A stretch of DNA of 63,351 nt, counting the filler, from Pelomyxa schiedti (lineage: Eukaryota; Protista; Evosea), in NCBI GenBank assembly GCA_020536535.1. It is 9 parts of 9 records of this genome, joined end to end, with 100 filler letters (N's around TTAATTAATTAA, not from the genome) between each part and the next. Parts side by side here need not be neighbours in the genome. Positions count along the whole stretch, not along the records: positions 10,729 to 13,057 come from JAHLWZ010002030.1; positions 13,158 to 15,144 come from JAHLWZ010002187.1; positions 15,245 to 16,440 come from JAHLWZ010002712.1; positions 16,541 to 18,619 come from JAHLWZ010000506.1; positions 18,720 to 31,513 come from JAHLWZ010001201.1; 4 more parts are not named here. One strand, 5' to 3'. Positions 12,560 through 24,112 of this stretch are shown here, piece after piece. The position numbers and the translations under genes are program-made. A model generated the notes under the pieces. That model made no database searches. It was not told the DNA's origin and saw only the letters and a program-made list of their open reading frames with translations. Position 1 is the stretch's first letter. Every line of letters begins with the position of its first letter.

Positions 12560-13057
12560 TTGTTTTCTGGGCGTTGTTGGTGGGGGTCTACAACAGTGGC
12601 TGCGGAGAGGGACAGTTGATTCGGCCCAGTGACAGGTGCAGGGTCGTCCCATTTGAGTGCCACCATGTCGTCTCTCTGGCTCAGTGGTGCACGGGATATC
12701 ATTGAAAGGCTGCTGGGGAATAAGGCTCCTTTTTGGCGAGGATTCTACATACTTGTTGGTGGAATTGTTCTCTGTCTGAGAAAGAAAAGCATAGAGTTTT
12801 GCCTGAGACTGCTCAATGTCCACAGATAGGGACTTTAATGCATCCGTGGTGAAGGTATGGCAGGTTCTTCCTTCCTCTTCATAGTAGTACCTGTTGTACT
12901 GTGCAATAACGCCACACAACTTGTGGAGCATCGAACTTTCAAATTCCTCAATTTCTAGCATTGTCTGCCATTTTCTATGAAATAGGGTTTGTAATTTAGT
13001 CTCAAGTGATATCAGCTTGCCTCTGATCTCCTATGCGCAATTAGGTTCTAAATGGAA
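12560..13057 (-). CDS. C-terminal fragment of a coiled-coil hypothetical protein (5' lost at linker)
   Basis: Open helical reading frame MLEIEEFESSMLHKL...LSVDIEQSQAKLYAFL; true stop uncertain. Confidence 0.35.
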
Positions 13058-13601
13058 NNNNNNNNNNNNNNNNNNNNNNNNNNNNNNNNNNNNNNNNNNN
13101 NTTAATTAATTAANNNNNNNNNNNNNNNNNNNNNNNNNNNNNNNNNNNNNNNNNNNNCAGCAGCACCCCCAGCCAGCAAGAGGGTTCGGAGAATAATCCA
13201 CTTCATATCACGACCAGCAGCTCCGCAAGGGACCCCAATGCAAACCACATCAGCCGTCACCCTTGCAGTTCTACAACATGGAAGGCGTTGTTGGTTCCTA
13301 AGCCTTTGGAAACCTGGTAATGATGCCTTGTCGTCCCCTTTCACTTCTTGTGGCACTAACACACATTTTCAGGATGGCAAGCCGATCAACGAAGCCCTTG
13401 ATGCCACTGTTGCTGTTGCTGGTGGCGGTGGCGGTGGCGCCAACTAAAGATGATGACGATTATCCCCCTGTTGGGTTTGTGTCAGTCGGCCGTGGGGCAT
13501 TGGTTCCGAGAGCCCCACTCGGTTCCATGCAACAACACATCACCATCAGCCAAGGCCATTATGCTCATGTTCATGTTCCATCAATCCGTTGCTGTTGTTC
13601 T

Positions 13602-14764
13602 CAGTGCTCCCTCGGTTAACCGTACCAAGTTAAAACCCAGTTAACAGTTAACCAGGAACCCAACCCAGTTAAACAAACCCTTAACAAAGATTTTCTGAGA
13701 AAAATCAATCACGTGTTTGTGTTAGTAGTACTGGTAGCATGTCAAAACGAGGACCTGCTGCAACGTCTTAAGTCAAGCAATATTTCCAACAGACCCCTGG
13801 TGGTTGGGAGTGCAATTATCGAGCTGACCCCTCTGCCCCAAAGTGTAAACACAAGCCATTTGCCTTGAGTGCAGGCACTTCTACTCTTGGGTACTGTTTT
13901 AGTGTGGCAGGGTGAACTATGTGGGAAAGGAGGCCCCAGGAAGAGGGAAAAGGAGCGCTAGTCAATTATTTACTAACCGGCAATAGTTACCACTTGGAAA
14001 GAGCACATAAATTTGTCAAAAAGTCCCAACAACCAACACCAACAGCAACACAAACAATCGACAAGTATGTCCAAGCAGTTCTTGCTGACAGGATACCCGG
14101 ACTTAGCAAAAATCAACTTGATGTTGTTTTCCCTTTTCCCACCAACATCCTTATGCAGCACAGGTAGCTCTAGCATTTACCATGCTTGGACTTCCCTTTT
14201 CCATGCTCTCTTCCCCTTATTTCCGTCGTATCCTGAGCCCTGAGAAGATTTATGGGGCATCACCTGAAAAGGTTAGTAAATACTAATATCATGTATGGAG
14301 GATGTTAAAATCGAAAAGATTCATGCTTGGATTAATCTACTGTATTAATGGCTTCGGAAAGGCCTCACTGAGTTTGTGGCAGCTCATGAAGCTGTGGATT
14401 AGTTGCAGAGAAGTACCCCCAATGGATGAAGCGTGGTCTGCTACCAGTATCTAGCAAGGTACCTCGTGCTGAACTTACATCTCAGCTATTGGCACAGCTA
14501 TCCAAACATGTCAGTCAGACTGATCCAATACAACTTGGGTGCGCAAAGACTGGTCTCACTTGCTCAAACTACTGGCTGGCATCTTTGGCTATTTCTCCAT
14601 TCCTTTCAGAATTAGCTATATTGCTTTGTGGTGTGGCTGCAACAGAAGCTGACTGTGAGATTGTCTTCTCCTGGAAGGTTAAAATAACCCAGTTAACAGT
14701 TAACCCAGTTAAAGGTTAAGGAAACTTGGTACCAAGTTAAAGGTTTTAACTGGGTAGAGCACTG
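13602..14764 (+). mobile_element. Non-autonomous, internally deleted hAT transposon
   Basis: TIRs CAGTGCTC...GAGCACTG; subterminal CCAGTTAA/GTTAAC repeats at both ends; BED-finger remnant (VKQYF..WECNY..KCKHK..GTSTL); hAT dimerisation remnant YWLASL..PFLSELAILLCGVAATEADCEIVFS. The 8-bp flanks do not match, so no clean TSD. Confidence 0.85.
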
Positions 14765-15500
14765 GTGTACACAACTCCATCAAAACTGTGAATCTCGTGG
14801 TGATTTTTTGTGGCACAGTGACATGGCACACAACGAGACTGAGAGGGGGGGTGCTGCTTCCCTACGGTTACCAAACACCAACAACGAATCCTCAAGCTGA
14901 TTAGATTCTATGACGACTCTAACACCACCACCACAACATCTTCCAGGGCGGACCCATGATCAAGTTACGGCCGTTGTTAACAACCACCAGTACCGTCGTC
15001 TGGTGCGATGGTGGTACATTGCAAGGTGTGCGTGTGCAACAGACTGAGGGTGGCACAGTGTGTGGATGCAGCTAGGGAGGCGCGTGATACTTTGTTGGCT
15101 GACGGGGTGGTGCAGTCGTGCTTGTATGTTGTCTTGTATTTTGTNNNNNNNNNNNNNNNNNNNNNNNNNNNNNNNNNNNNNNNNNNNNTTAATTAATTAA
15201 NNNNNNNNNNNNNNNNNNNNNNNNNNNNNNNNNNNNNNNNNNNNGTGCACCATGGGATCAACCGGGGGATTGTGGCACACAACACACAGCCGCGCAAAAG
15301 ACCCGGGCGAAACGTAATCGAAAGTTGCTGCCCGTTTACGGCATGTCTCAAAGAAAGTTAATGTCGTCAACAAAAACGATTTACCCACAAGTAAGTACCT
15401 CGCCTGCCATTGACTTCGCGGTCCGTGTCAATCAAAAACCGTTTTTTCCCGAGGATCGAAACCTGCACGACGACGAATCGAAAAAGAGCGAACCACGAAG

Positions 15501-16440
15501 ATGATGTCGGCGGTTATCGCCAGCCCACCACCGAGCCTGGACAACACGAAGCAGCAGGAGGCACAGCGAGTTATGGGCATTTCCCGGATCGTGTGGGACC
15601 ACGTCGTTTCGGCGACGTGGGTCCGCCCGTTCTCGCCCCTTTCGCCCAAGAAATGCATGCGGCTCTTCTCGGCGGCCGAAGCTCTCTTCCCGCTGGTCGC
15701 CAGGGCGTCCCGCGCCGTGCTGGCCACCTCGAACGTGAAGATCTGGGACGAGGGCCCCGACACCTGGAAGTACAAGTACCGCTCCTCGTACTTCGCTCTG
15801 GAGCTCGCAGCGAGGGCGGGAGGCGGCGGCGGCGGCGAGAGGGGGCGGGGCAGGTGCGCGGCGTGGATACTGGCGCACCGGGCCACCAGGAACCCACGCA
15901 AGGAGCGATTGGCCGTGCTCAGGGGCCTGTGCGTGGGCGGCCACTTGGATTCCGCGAAGCAGCTATTTGTGGATGATGGTGATGATCCCCCAATGGCCAT
16001 GGGAGAAGGGAATCACGTTGGAATGGGAATGGGGATTGGGATTGGGAATGGGATTGGGCAGGAGCTGTGGACAAGGAGGTGTGGACTGTGTTGGCCTGGT
16101 GTGGTTGGGGGTGAGGGTACTCATTTTGAGTTTGATGTCAGGGATGCGGGGAGGTGGGATGATGCGGAAAACGTGGTGGGTTGTGTGTGCAAGGCGGGGA
16201 AGCTGGAGGTGGCGAAGTGGCTGGTGAGTAGGTTCGGTGTGACTGAGAGCGAGCTGTGCGGGCCGTTTGTTGAGGCACTCAAGGGTGGCCACCTCGACGT
16301 TGTGGAGTGGCTTGCTGGAATTGTGGATGTGGAAGGTGTTGTCACAAGAGAACACGCCGCGGTGCTGCATGAAGCTGTTTCACGCAGTGGGAGTATCAAG
16401 GCTATGGAGTGGTTCATTGACAGGTTCCATCCAAATGATG
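15501..16440 (+). CDS. Ankyrin-repeat protein, 3' truncated
   Basis: LCVGGHLDSAKQL, VCKAGKLEVAKWLV, ALKGGHLDVVEWL repeats. Confidence 0.85.
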
Positions 16441-16540
16441 NNNNNNNNNNNNNNNNNNNNNNNNNNNNNNNNNNNNNNNNNNNNTTAATTAATTAANNNN
16501 NNNNNNNNNNNNNNNNNNNNNNNNNNNNNNNNNNNNNNNN

Positions 16541-17143
16541 GTGTGATGCGTATGTTGCCAGATTCGGGAAACCTTGTTCAGAATGCGACCACGTGGATTG
16601 GTTCAAAAAATGTAATGGCTCTCTTCCGTTCTTCTTTTGAACCGCGATATCTAATTTAATCTGATCTCTCTCACCACAGACCTGAACCGGTCCAAATCCT
16701 TCAAGCAGGCAGCCAAAGAAAGGAGGCATATCACAGTGCACCCAATAGAAGAGTGCAACAACACGCAGTGCCCGGAACTCATTGAGAACTGTACATACAC
16801 ATCAGCCACCACAAGGACCTGCCCCCAATGCCACAAGTCAACTCCCTGGCCTCCCCCTGGTGACATTGATGATGCCCACCCACACCAACAACCTATTAAC
16901 AAACAAACAGCACACACACCATCAACAGCAACTTCAACAGCAACATCTTCATCATCATCAACACAGCCCACCACTATCAACAACATAATTACGGTTGGGC
17001 ATGAGTTTGATCTTCACGCGATACAAACCCCTGAGCCCATAAACAAAGTAGTACTCAAGGTGCAAAATCCCATGACAGGGTACTTCTGGGGGCACCCCTA
17101 CATCAGAAACGAAGCACACATCCCTTCGTTCCTCATGTACTAG
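16541..17143 (+). CDS. C-terminal part of a hypothetical protein (5' lost at linker)
   Basis: Open frame with CPQCHK and an S/T-rich linker, ending GYFWGHPYIRNEAHIPSFLMY*; plausible intron near 16610-16680. Confidence 0.45.
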
Positions 17144-17312
17144 AAGGAGTCCCTCACTCACAAATCAATAACTGTTGCCACCCACAAGAAACAAGTCACT
17201 TGTAATCCTTTTTTTTTTTTGGCATGCATACAAGTAGAGTGTGAGATGAGACGAGAATCAAAGCGAAATCAGTTTGTTTTGTGTTACAACAGGTACAATA
17301 CAAACAATGGAG

Positions 17313-18562
17313 TTAGCAACCTTTCTTCCTCTTTCCTGCATATTAATCTGGTAAGTGCAACAACCTCACTCCACAAGTTGTTATACCTGAGCTGTGTGCA
17401 GAGCTTGTGCCGGAGGATGAAAGAGTGACTGTCCCAAGGTCACCAACGCCGCTGCTTCCTCCGCTTTTCATATCAGCATCCACAACTCGGGCGAACTGTT
17501 CACACGCAACGCGTGAGAATAGCTCCGTGACCCCAACTCCGGTTTTTGCCGAAGTCTCAAAGTGGCCTTTCAGGCCGTTCTTGGATGCAAAGTCACGGCC
17601 CTCTTCAAGAGTGACGCATCGCTCTTCATCAATCTAATGGCAAAGATTACTGANNNNNNNNNNNNNNNNNNNNNNNNNNNNNNNNNNNNNNNNNNNNNNN
17701 NNNNNNNNNNNNNNNNNNNNNNNNNNNNNNNNNNNNNNNNNNNNNNNNNNNNNCCAACTCCGGTTTTTGCCGAAGTCTCAAAGTGGCCTTTCAGGCCGTT
17801 CTTGGATGCAAAGTCACGGCCCTCTTCAAGAGTGACGCATCGCTCTTCATCAATCTAATGGCAAAGATTACTGACTTAAGTTGAACTTGTTGGTAGGGGT
17901 GTTGCCTTCATTCCAACAAGATAAAGATCATACTCCCCGCCGGCATGAAGCTTGACTTGATTATACCTTCCAGTATTACGGTGAAAGTATCAAAAAAAAG
18001 AGTGTTCCTTTCTTACCATTTAGGGAGGTTGTCGAACGAGTTTCTATCATTCACAGCATAAGCAATCAAGACAATATTTGCTCCACGATAGACTAAGTGG
18101 AGTGAGAATTGTAGCGGGGGGCAGGGGCAGTACATGGAACAGTGAGCTAAAGGCAATTAAGTCAAGAAATGAAGGAAAAACGAAATACAGTGTTAAATTT
18201 CTCTTGACCAGCCTGCCCGGAAGAAATTTATTTTCAGTGTTAGAGCTCGGAACGATTGCGAAAACATACCGTGTCCCACACTTGCATGGTCAGAGATCTG
18301 TCTTGTATTCTGAACTTCACAGTGACTAACATATATAAATAAGTGTGCGGAACCGAGAAAGTAAGGAAAGTTACGAAAGTCAACCCCAACAGTGGTTTTG
18401 TAAGCGTTGGTAAACTCATTTGAGATGTATCTAGATATACAACTGGTCTTCCCCACACCAGCATCACCTGCCACAGGTGAAAAACCCAATGCAGGAGAAA
18501 AATAGTTTACAACAAAAAAACCTGCTCACCAATAATAATCATCTTTGTATGATAGCAGTCAC
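17313..18562 (-). CDS. Rab-family small GTPase (first exon missing; spans a 100-N gap)
   Basis: IIIGDAGVGKTS, YKTTVGVDF, QVWDTAGQE, FETSAKTG; C-terminal GKRKKGC*. Confidence 0.9.
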
Positions 18563-18719
18563 TAAGAACACAAGTAAGGGGAACGCATTGCAAAAAATGA
18601 AAAAAAAAAAAAAAAAAAANNNNNNNNNNNNNNNNNNNNNNNNNNNNNNNNNNNNNNNNNNNNTTAATTAATTAANNNNNNNNNNNNNNNNNNNNNNNNN
18701 NNNNNNNNNNNNNNNNNNN

Positions 18720-21119
18720 GAACGAGACCAATGGGAATGACCGTTTCTCCAATAACCAGTCCCTGCCATGTCATCCGCACGTGCCCACCCTCCCACAATC
18801 CTCGTTCCACAATCTTTCCCAAGTGTGCACACCTGAATGAATAAATGTGGGAAAAGACGAAAAAGTAAGAATAATCAATAATCAAGAGATGACACACAAG
18901 GAGACCGTTTATCCACACAGAGTGATCACTAGAGAGTGGTCCACCTGACAGCTCAAAGTTGAACAGGTCACTCACAAACTCCGCTGTGACCGGCACAATT
19001 TCAAACGGGTGCTTCCACGTTCCTTCCTAATTATTTGTTGGTTATTGTAGTTGAGTTATGATAGGGTTTTGTAATGGCATTATTGTGGGGTCGGCCGGTG
19101 TTGAGTGAGGTGGTATGTCAGCGGGTTGAAATTGTTTTTGGTTTTGCTGGTGTGTTGTTTCCGGTACTTGTTGTGTGTGAAGTGCGAACTTGGAATTTGG
19201 ACTTTGGGCAAACACACAATAAATACGGGGTGACCTGGAGTCAAACAAACACCAGAGACTCGGCACATCGGTATTTCCGCATTGATGGCCTTCCTTTCCA
19301 CGTGGGATACCCGTTTTATCCCGGATTCGGTCTTCACGTGATCTCCGACGCGGACGTAACGTACAAGCCTGTATAGTGCCGGTTAGACCAAATCAGAAGA
19401 AATCGCACGCACTTGTGAGAACCATCAGCCATCAACACAGAGCCATCACCGGTGAAACACTTGCTGAACTGCCGGATTATGTTAACACAAACCAATTATC
19501 ACGTGTGCTGAGTTCTAACCTTTGACTCCTCCGAAGCTGGCAGAACACCAAACAGAGTCTCGTGAAGCCTGATGGCCATGAACCTCTCCTGTGGAGTGTA
19601 TGCATAGGCTCCACTCTGCAAGAACGCAAAACACTGAAGGTTTCCAACGTTTCCAGCCTCTGATTTCAAAACAAAGACGCGCTGAGATAAAGTGCGGAAG
19701 AAATGACAACAAACCGACACCGGAGACAAAATCTTCCAGAGATATCCACGGTCCGCGTTCATAAACAAGTGCATACGCAAAAGTGACTGATGCGGAGATA
19801 TTAGTGCTTGGGTTTGTTTGAGAAAAATCAACACACGAGAGCTGAGTGCCATGAAAGATTCGCTCCGCTCAATGTCAAAGTTACCAAATGCACACACCGC
19901 GTATTGGTTCAACGGAGGCCATTTGTTGTATGACATGTCAAACGACTTCTCGAAATTTGTTTGCCTTGGCTCCCTTTCCATCCCATCCACCTCGAACCCG
20001 CACCTGAATCTTCCAAAGAGCATCAAGATGTGCCTCAGAACATCAACTCCCAGAACGGAAAGAGGGCTTGTCTTCCCTGCACGAGGGTGAGCTCCACACA
20101 GGAACGATATGCACCTCTGGGAAACCAGCTTTCCTGATCCTGTTGTGTGAACGGTAAATGCTTTGTTTGTGTGGGTTTTGATTTCGAATAGCGATTCTGA
20201 TGGTGGGAAGGAGGGGTGAGGAGGGAGATGAATTTCACACTTTGAATCAACCTCCACGTGGGAGTTGACTTCATGAGGGCACAGACATCATCAGAATACC
20301 ACTCTGACCAGGCATGGTTGCATGCTGTGGAAACCAGTGTGCGGGTGACGCCAGCAGCGATGAGGCTCCTTGCCCAGGTCACACACCTTTTCTGCCTGTA
20401 CCACTTTATTCTGTTCTCCACCAATTGAATTTGGTCTTCCTGTGTTGCGGTTGATTTTTGGTTTTCTTCACATTAAATTATAGAGCTGTATGCAGTGGGC
20501 GCGGTTACTTTTGTTTTAATTACTCAATTATTTCATAATTATGAATTATGCGAAGAAAACGAACATTGAGAGGAGGAAGCCCAGAAGTGCAAGGCCTGTG
20601 GCACTCAGGTTCACAATAATAACCGTACCTCTTTGTCGCCGGAACGGCAGGCCTCTTCATTGAAAACTCCTTCATCACTCCCTCAAGCATCTCCCTTTGT
20701 TCCGGAGGAACATCACAATCGGCGGGGACTCCCATAAGCACCTCCTCCGGCATGTCCTCCCGATGATGGCCCATCACATCCACCCAGAAATTTTTGCCGC
20801 CGCGCGAGGAGGGTGCGTACCACGACGACCAGTGCTTTCCCATGAGTGCGGTGTAGTCCTCCCACTTCCTCTTCCTTATAGTTTCCGGCAAATACACCCT
20901 CATGCTGTCTGGATTGGGCATCATCGTGAGGGTTGTTTTGTCGTCGGGGCTCCCGAGTATCGACGCGATGACGAGCATCCTCTCGTCACATCGCCTCCTC
21001 TTGAGATCCCAGTTTTTTTCGAAGCCAGGTGGCTGGTGGTCAGCAGAAAACGAGAGCAATTGAGATGGCCATCGGGGGTCCACTTTCACACCAACGTCAT
21101 CGTAGCAATCCGTGGTCAT
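18720..21119 (-). CDS. Multi-exon protein: novel N-terminus, HPRxG (F-box-like) motif, C-terminal Vint-type Hint domain; 3' end cut by linker
   Basis: ORF 19499-20257 (FLCGAHPRAGKTSPLSVLGVDVLRHIL) splices via GT-AG intron 19469-19519 into KCFTGDGSVLMADGSHKLVRYVRVGDHV...LTPGHPVFI..WKHP..LFNFEL..DHSVWING..VCTLG. Linkage to the 20520-21119 ORF is through plausible in-frame introns and is less certain. Confidence 0.75.
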
Positions 21120-21380
21120 ATTTGTTGTACAACCAACCAGTTGTGCCGTTTATTTTGTCTGCTTACCAGAATGGAACTTTATGCGTGAGGGGGAACCTTC
21201 TGGTTCTGGACATAGATCAAGTGAACGTCTGCCATGTGTCTTGTTTGTTGGCAGCCAAAGGTGAGTTGGCTGAAGAAAAAACACCAGACCGCCGATAACG
21301 CAAATGACAGCGTTCCAGTTTTGATATCAGATATATACGTATCAGAACTTTTTTCACCGAAACAGAAGCGATCACAAGAG

Positions 21381-22481
21381 ATGAGTAAATAATTCAATTT
21401 TCTGGTTCGATCGGGGGGAAATTTGACAGTTCACCAATCTGGTGCACTTTTTTTTTTCCTTTTTGCCGAATTATTTTTCCTCATTTCCCCAGACTTCCTG
21501 ATGGGAGTCCCTGCCGTTGCTGTGTTTGTAGAGAATATGCCCACCTTGTGGGGTGCAGGTGATTTATGAAGATGCCCAAACGATCTTCCTGAACTGTCGC
21601 GCCCCTCGTGAGAAAAGGGTCAAATGTAATTTTACTGTGAAACTGTCGGTCGGGGATCAGATCAGAAAAAAAAAACGCGTTTTGTCGGGATTGACCTGTT
21701 CAACGTGCTTTTCATTTCCAAACTCCAACTCACTCCCACATGCTGAAGTGTTCTGACAGCATGGCACCACTTGGTTTGGGAATTAAGCCGCAGGAGTGAC
21801 GGAAACGATCTGTTAGGCGAAGGTTTTTTTTTCTCCTTCCCGAGATCGGATCGAGTGCACCAGGACCGCCGAACTGTGGGTCATGACGTGGCCCGTTGTG
21901 ACCACAAGCACGAGTACAGTCGTGTGAGCCAAAAGCCGGTGGTGCCGGATTTGCGACAGTTGAAGAAGAAAAAAAAACCCTTCTTCGCCTAACAGATCGT
22001 TTCCGTCAGTCTCAGGTGCCTCCTCCCTCAGCTCGAAGATTTTCACTACAGCTCACGAACATTGGCGATGAATACCTGGCGGCACTCATTTCGCCGACTG
22101 TCCCTGCCGGGTTTAAAGAAGAGCGAGTAGTGGGGGAACAAGTCTTTTTTCTGTCTTGGGCCGTTGGATCAAACCTGGGAACACGCGTTTTTTTTTCCCC
22201 TATCTGTAACCGGACTGATGGTTTCACAGTAAAATGACATTTGACCCTTTTCTCACGAGGGGCGCGACAGTTCAGGAAGATCGTTTGGGCATCTTCATAA
22301 ATCACATGCACCCCACAAGGCTGGCACATTCTCACCAAACACAACAACGGCAGAGACTCCAGTTAGGAAGTGGGTCGAAGTCCAAAAAGAAGAGGAAAAA
22401 AAATAAAACTGATTTATTTTCGAATTTTTTTTTAAAGGGGAACTGTCAAATCTGTACCAGAAAATTGAATTATTTACTCAT
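21381..22481. repeat. ~1.1 kb imperfect inverted repeat (foldback)
   Basis: 21381-21406 = revcomp of 22456-22481 (26/26); 21544-21643 vs 22221-22320 (98/100); 21797-21822 = revcomp of 21983-22008 (26/26). Confidence 0.95.
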
Positions 22482-22583
22482 GTCTTTGCCATCCATCGGT
22501 GATTTTTTTTGTGTGAATCTCTGACCGGAAAGAGTTGATTGAGAGAACTCCTTCTGCGAAAATCACAATTACGCTTTTCGGTG

Positions 22584-23912
22584 ATGGCGACAGCGGCACC
22601 AGCCCCTACATCCCAACAACCCCGTTTTGTGGGTATTTGTCAAGTACCCGTGAGGTCGCGGGATCAGTTCCTGGCCCTGGCCATGTCGTCGCACCCCAGG
22701 TGCGGACGCATGTGCCCCCTCACGTCTGCTCTCCGCTGTTGGTCTTCTTCCCATAATTCCGTACCATCGACACCACCGGGGGTTTGTTACGGCGGGACCT
22801 GCACGGATCCCTCGTTCGTTCCAAAGCTAGTGTGGGAAGCGGCCTGCGGTTCGCCATCGGTAGGGAGAAAAAGTACCACAGTTGACCTTGTAGTGCAACT
22901 GCAGCCCGAGAAATTCGGGTTGGCCACATTTGGTGTGTCGCCCCTGACACTGGGCGTGACTGAGGATGTGAGTGAATTGACTACCTGGGGGATACAATGG
23001 TGGCCTGGTGACCAGAACACCCCGTTGTTGTCAAGGGGAGCCCACTTCATGATGAAGAGGAGCCTGACAACTGGGGGTTATGGAGGAGAGCAAAGAAACA
23101 GCGCGTTCAGATTCGCGCTGTGCGATGCTGCCACTGGCGCCGAGTGCACGGAGCTGCTGGATTGTGGGATTCGCGGAGCGTGGAACTGCATGAACGAGAA
23201 GTGGTGGGTGTGCCAGGGCGCTAAGAATGCGGTTGTGGTGGTGAACTTGTGGGACAAGACGAGGCATGTGTGTGGGTGGCCTGATTCAATGTCCAGGGAA
23301 CTGCGGGATGTACAGAGTTGTTTCTTCAGCACAACTGCTTTGGATGATATGGTGCTTATTGGGAGTGCCAGGGTTAAGAGGAGCAACGCGTTCTGCTTTG
23401 CAACTGTTAATATTGGCCAGGCTTTCAGGGTTCTGAATCCAGAAAGCGCAACTAAATGTGTGATGGAACCTGGATTTGAGCTGAAGACTGGGCTGGTGTT
23501 GCACAGGTCCCAGACTGGCCAACGGGTTTTTGTAGTTGCCATTCACCCAAAAGATCATGCAGAGAATTGCTCAATAAATATCATCGAGGAATCCTCCGCA
23601 CCTCAAGAGCTTCACAAGCTGCCTGTTCGTAATGCCACACTGTCACAGCTGAATGGTTCGGTTTTCTGTATTGGAAAAGTATCTCAATACGAGCTCTGGG
23701 ATTGCCACAACACCAGCCAGCCAATGAGAGTTATACCACACAAAACAGCGTGGACATCAGTCACTGCTGAATCAGGATTACTGTTCCACACCTGTGCAAA
23801 CCAGATCAGAGTGACTGATTCGACTGGTACCATTACCATTCTAACAATCAACTTCAGTTCCAGAGGACAAAAAGTCACTCTCCTCAACGCAATGTCCTCT
23901 GGCACTGAATAA
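22584..23912 (+). CDS. HPRxG-family protein, intronless
   Basis: RDQFLALAMSSHPRCGRMCP; ATFGVSPLTLG; NEKWWV; LSQLNGSVFCI; AESGLLF; VTDSTG. Confidence 0.8.
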   Translation: MATAAPAPTSQQPRFVGICQVPVRSRDQFLALAMSSHPRCGRMCPLTSALRCWSSSHNSVPSTPPGVCYGGTCTDPSFVPKLVWEAACGSPSVGRKSTTVDLVVQLQPEKFGLATFGVSPLTLGVTEDVSELTTWGIQWWPGDQNTPLLSRGAHFMMKRSLTTGGYGGEQRNSAFRFALCDAATGAECTELLDCGIRGAWNCMNEKWWVCQGAKNAVVVVNLWDKTRHVCGWPDSMSRELRDVQSCFFSTTALDDMVLIGSARVKRSNAFCFATVNIGQAFRVLNPESATKCVMEPGFELKTGLVLHRSQTGQRVFVVAIHPKDHAENCSINIIEESSAPQELHKLPVRNATLSQLNGSVFCIGKVSQYELWDCHNTSQPMRVIPHKTAWTSVTAESGLLFHTCANQIRVTDSTGTITILTINFSSRGQKVTLLNAMSSGTE

Positions 23913-24112
23913 CGGAATGTTAGTTTCCGTCACCACACTTCCTTGTCATTTTCGTGTGAGTTGAGAAACCCCGAACAAGCTAATCATTTTAGCAAGTTCT
24001 AGAACGCAATCTTCTGCTGCTTCGGTAATTTTTTTTTCTCTTTTGCTGGTCACTGTTTACCAATCGGCGAAAGGATCAAGTTCAAAAAAACAAAAGATCT
24101 TTTGGATAAGGG

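Noticed and set aside
13158-13600. Possible decayed ankyrin-like gene flanking the hAT element
   Set aside because: Too fragmented to support a call.
16020-16058. GGGAAT/GGGATT repeats resembling a telomere or G-quadruplex
   Set aside because: In-frame coding microsatellite (GMGMGIGIG) inside the ankyrin gene.
21553-22347. Paired small ORFs 'VIYEDAQTIFLNCRAPREKRVK' on both strands
   Set aside because: By-product of the inverted repeat; no ATG or consistent splice sites. The core also shows no recognisable snRNA or tRNA motifs.
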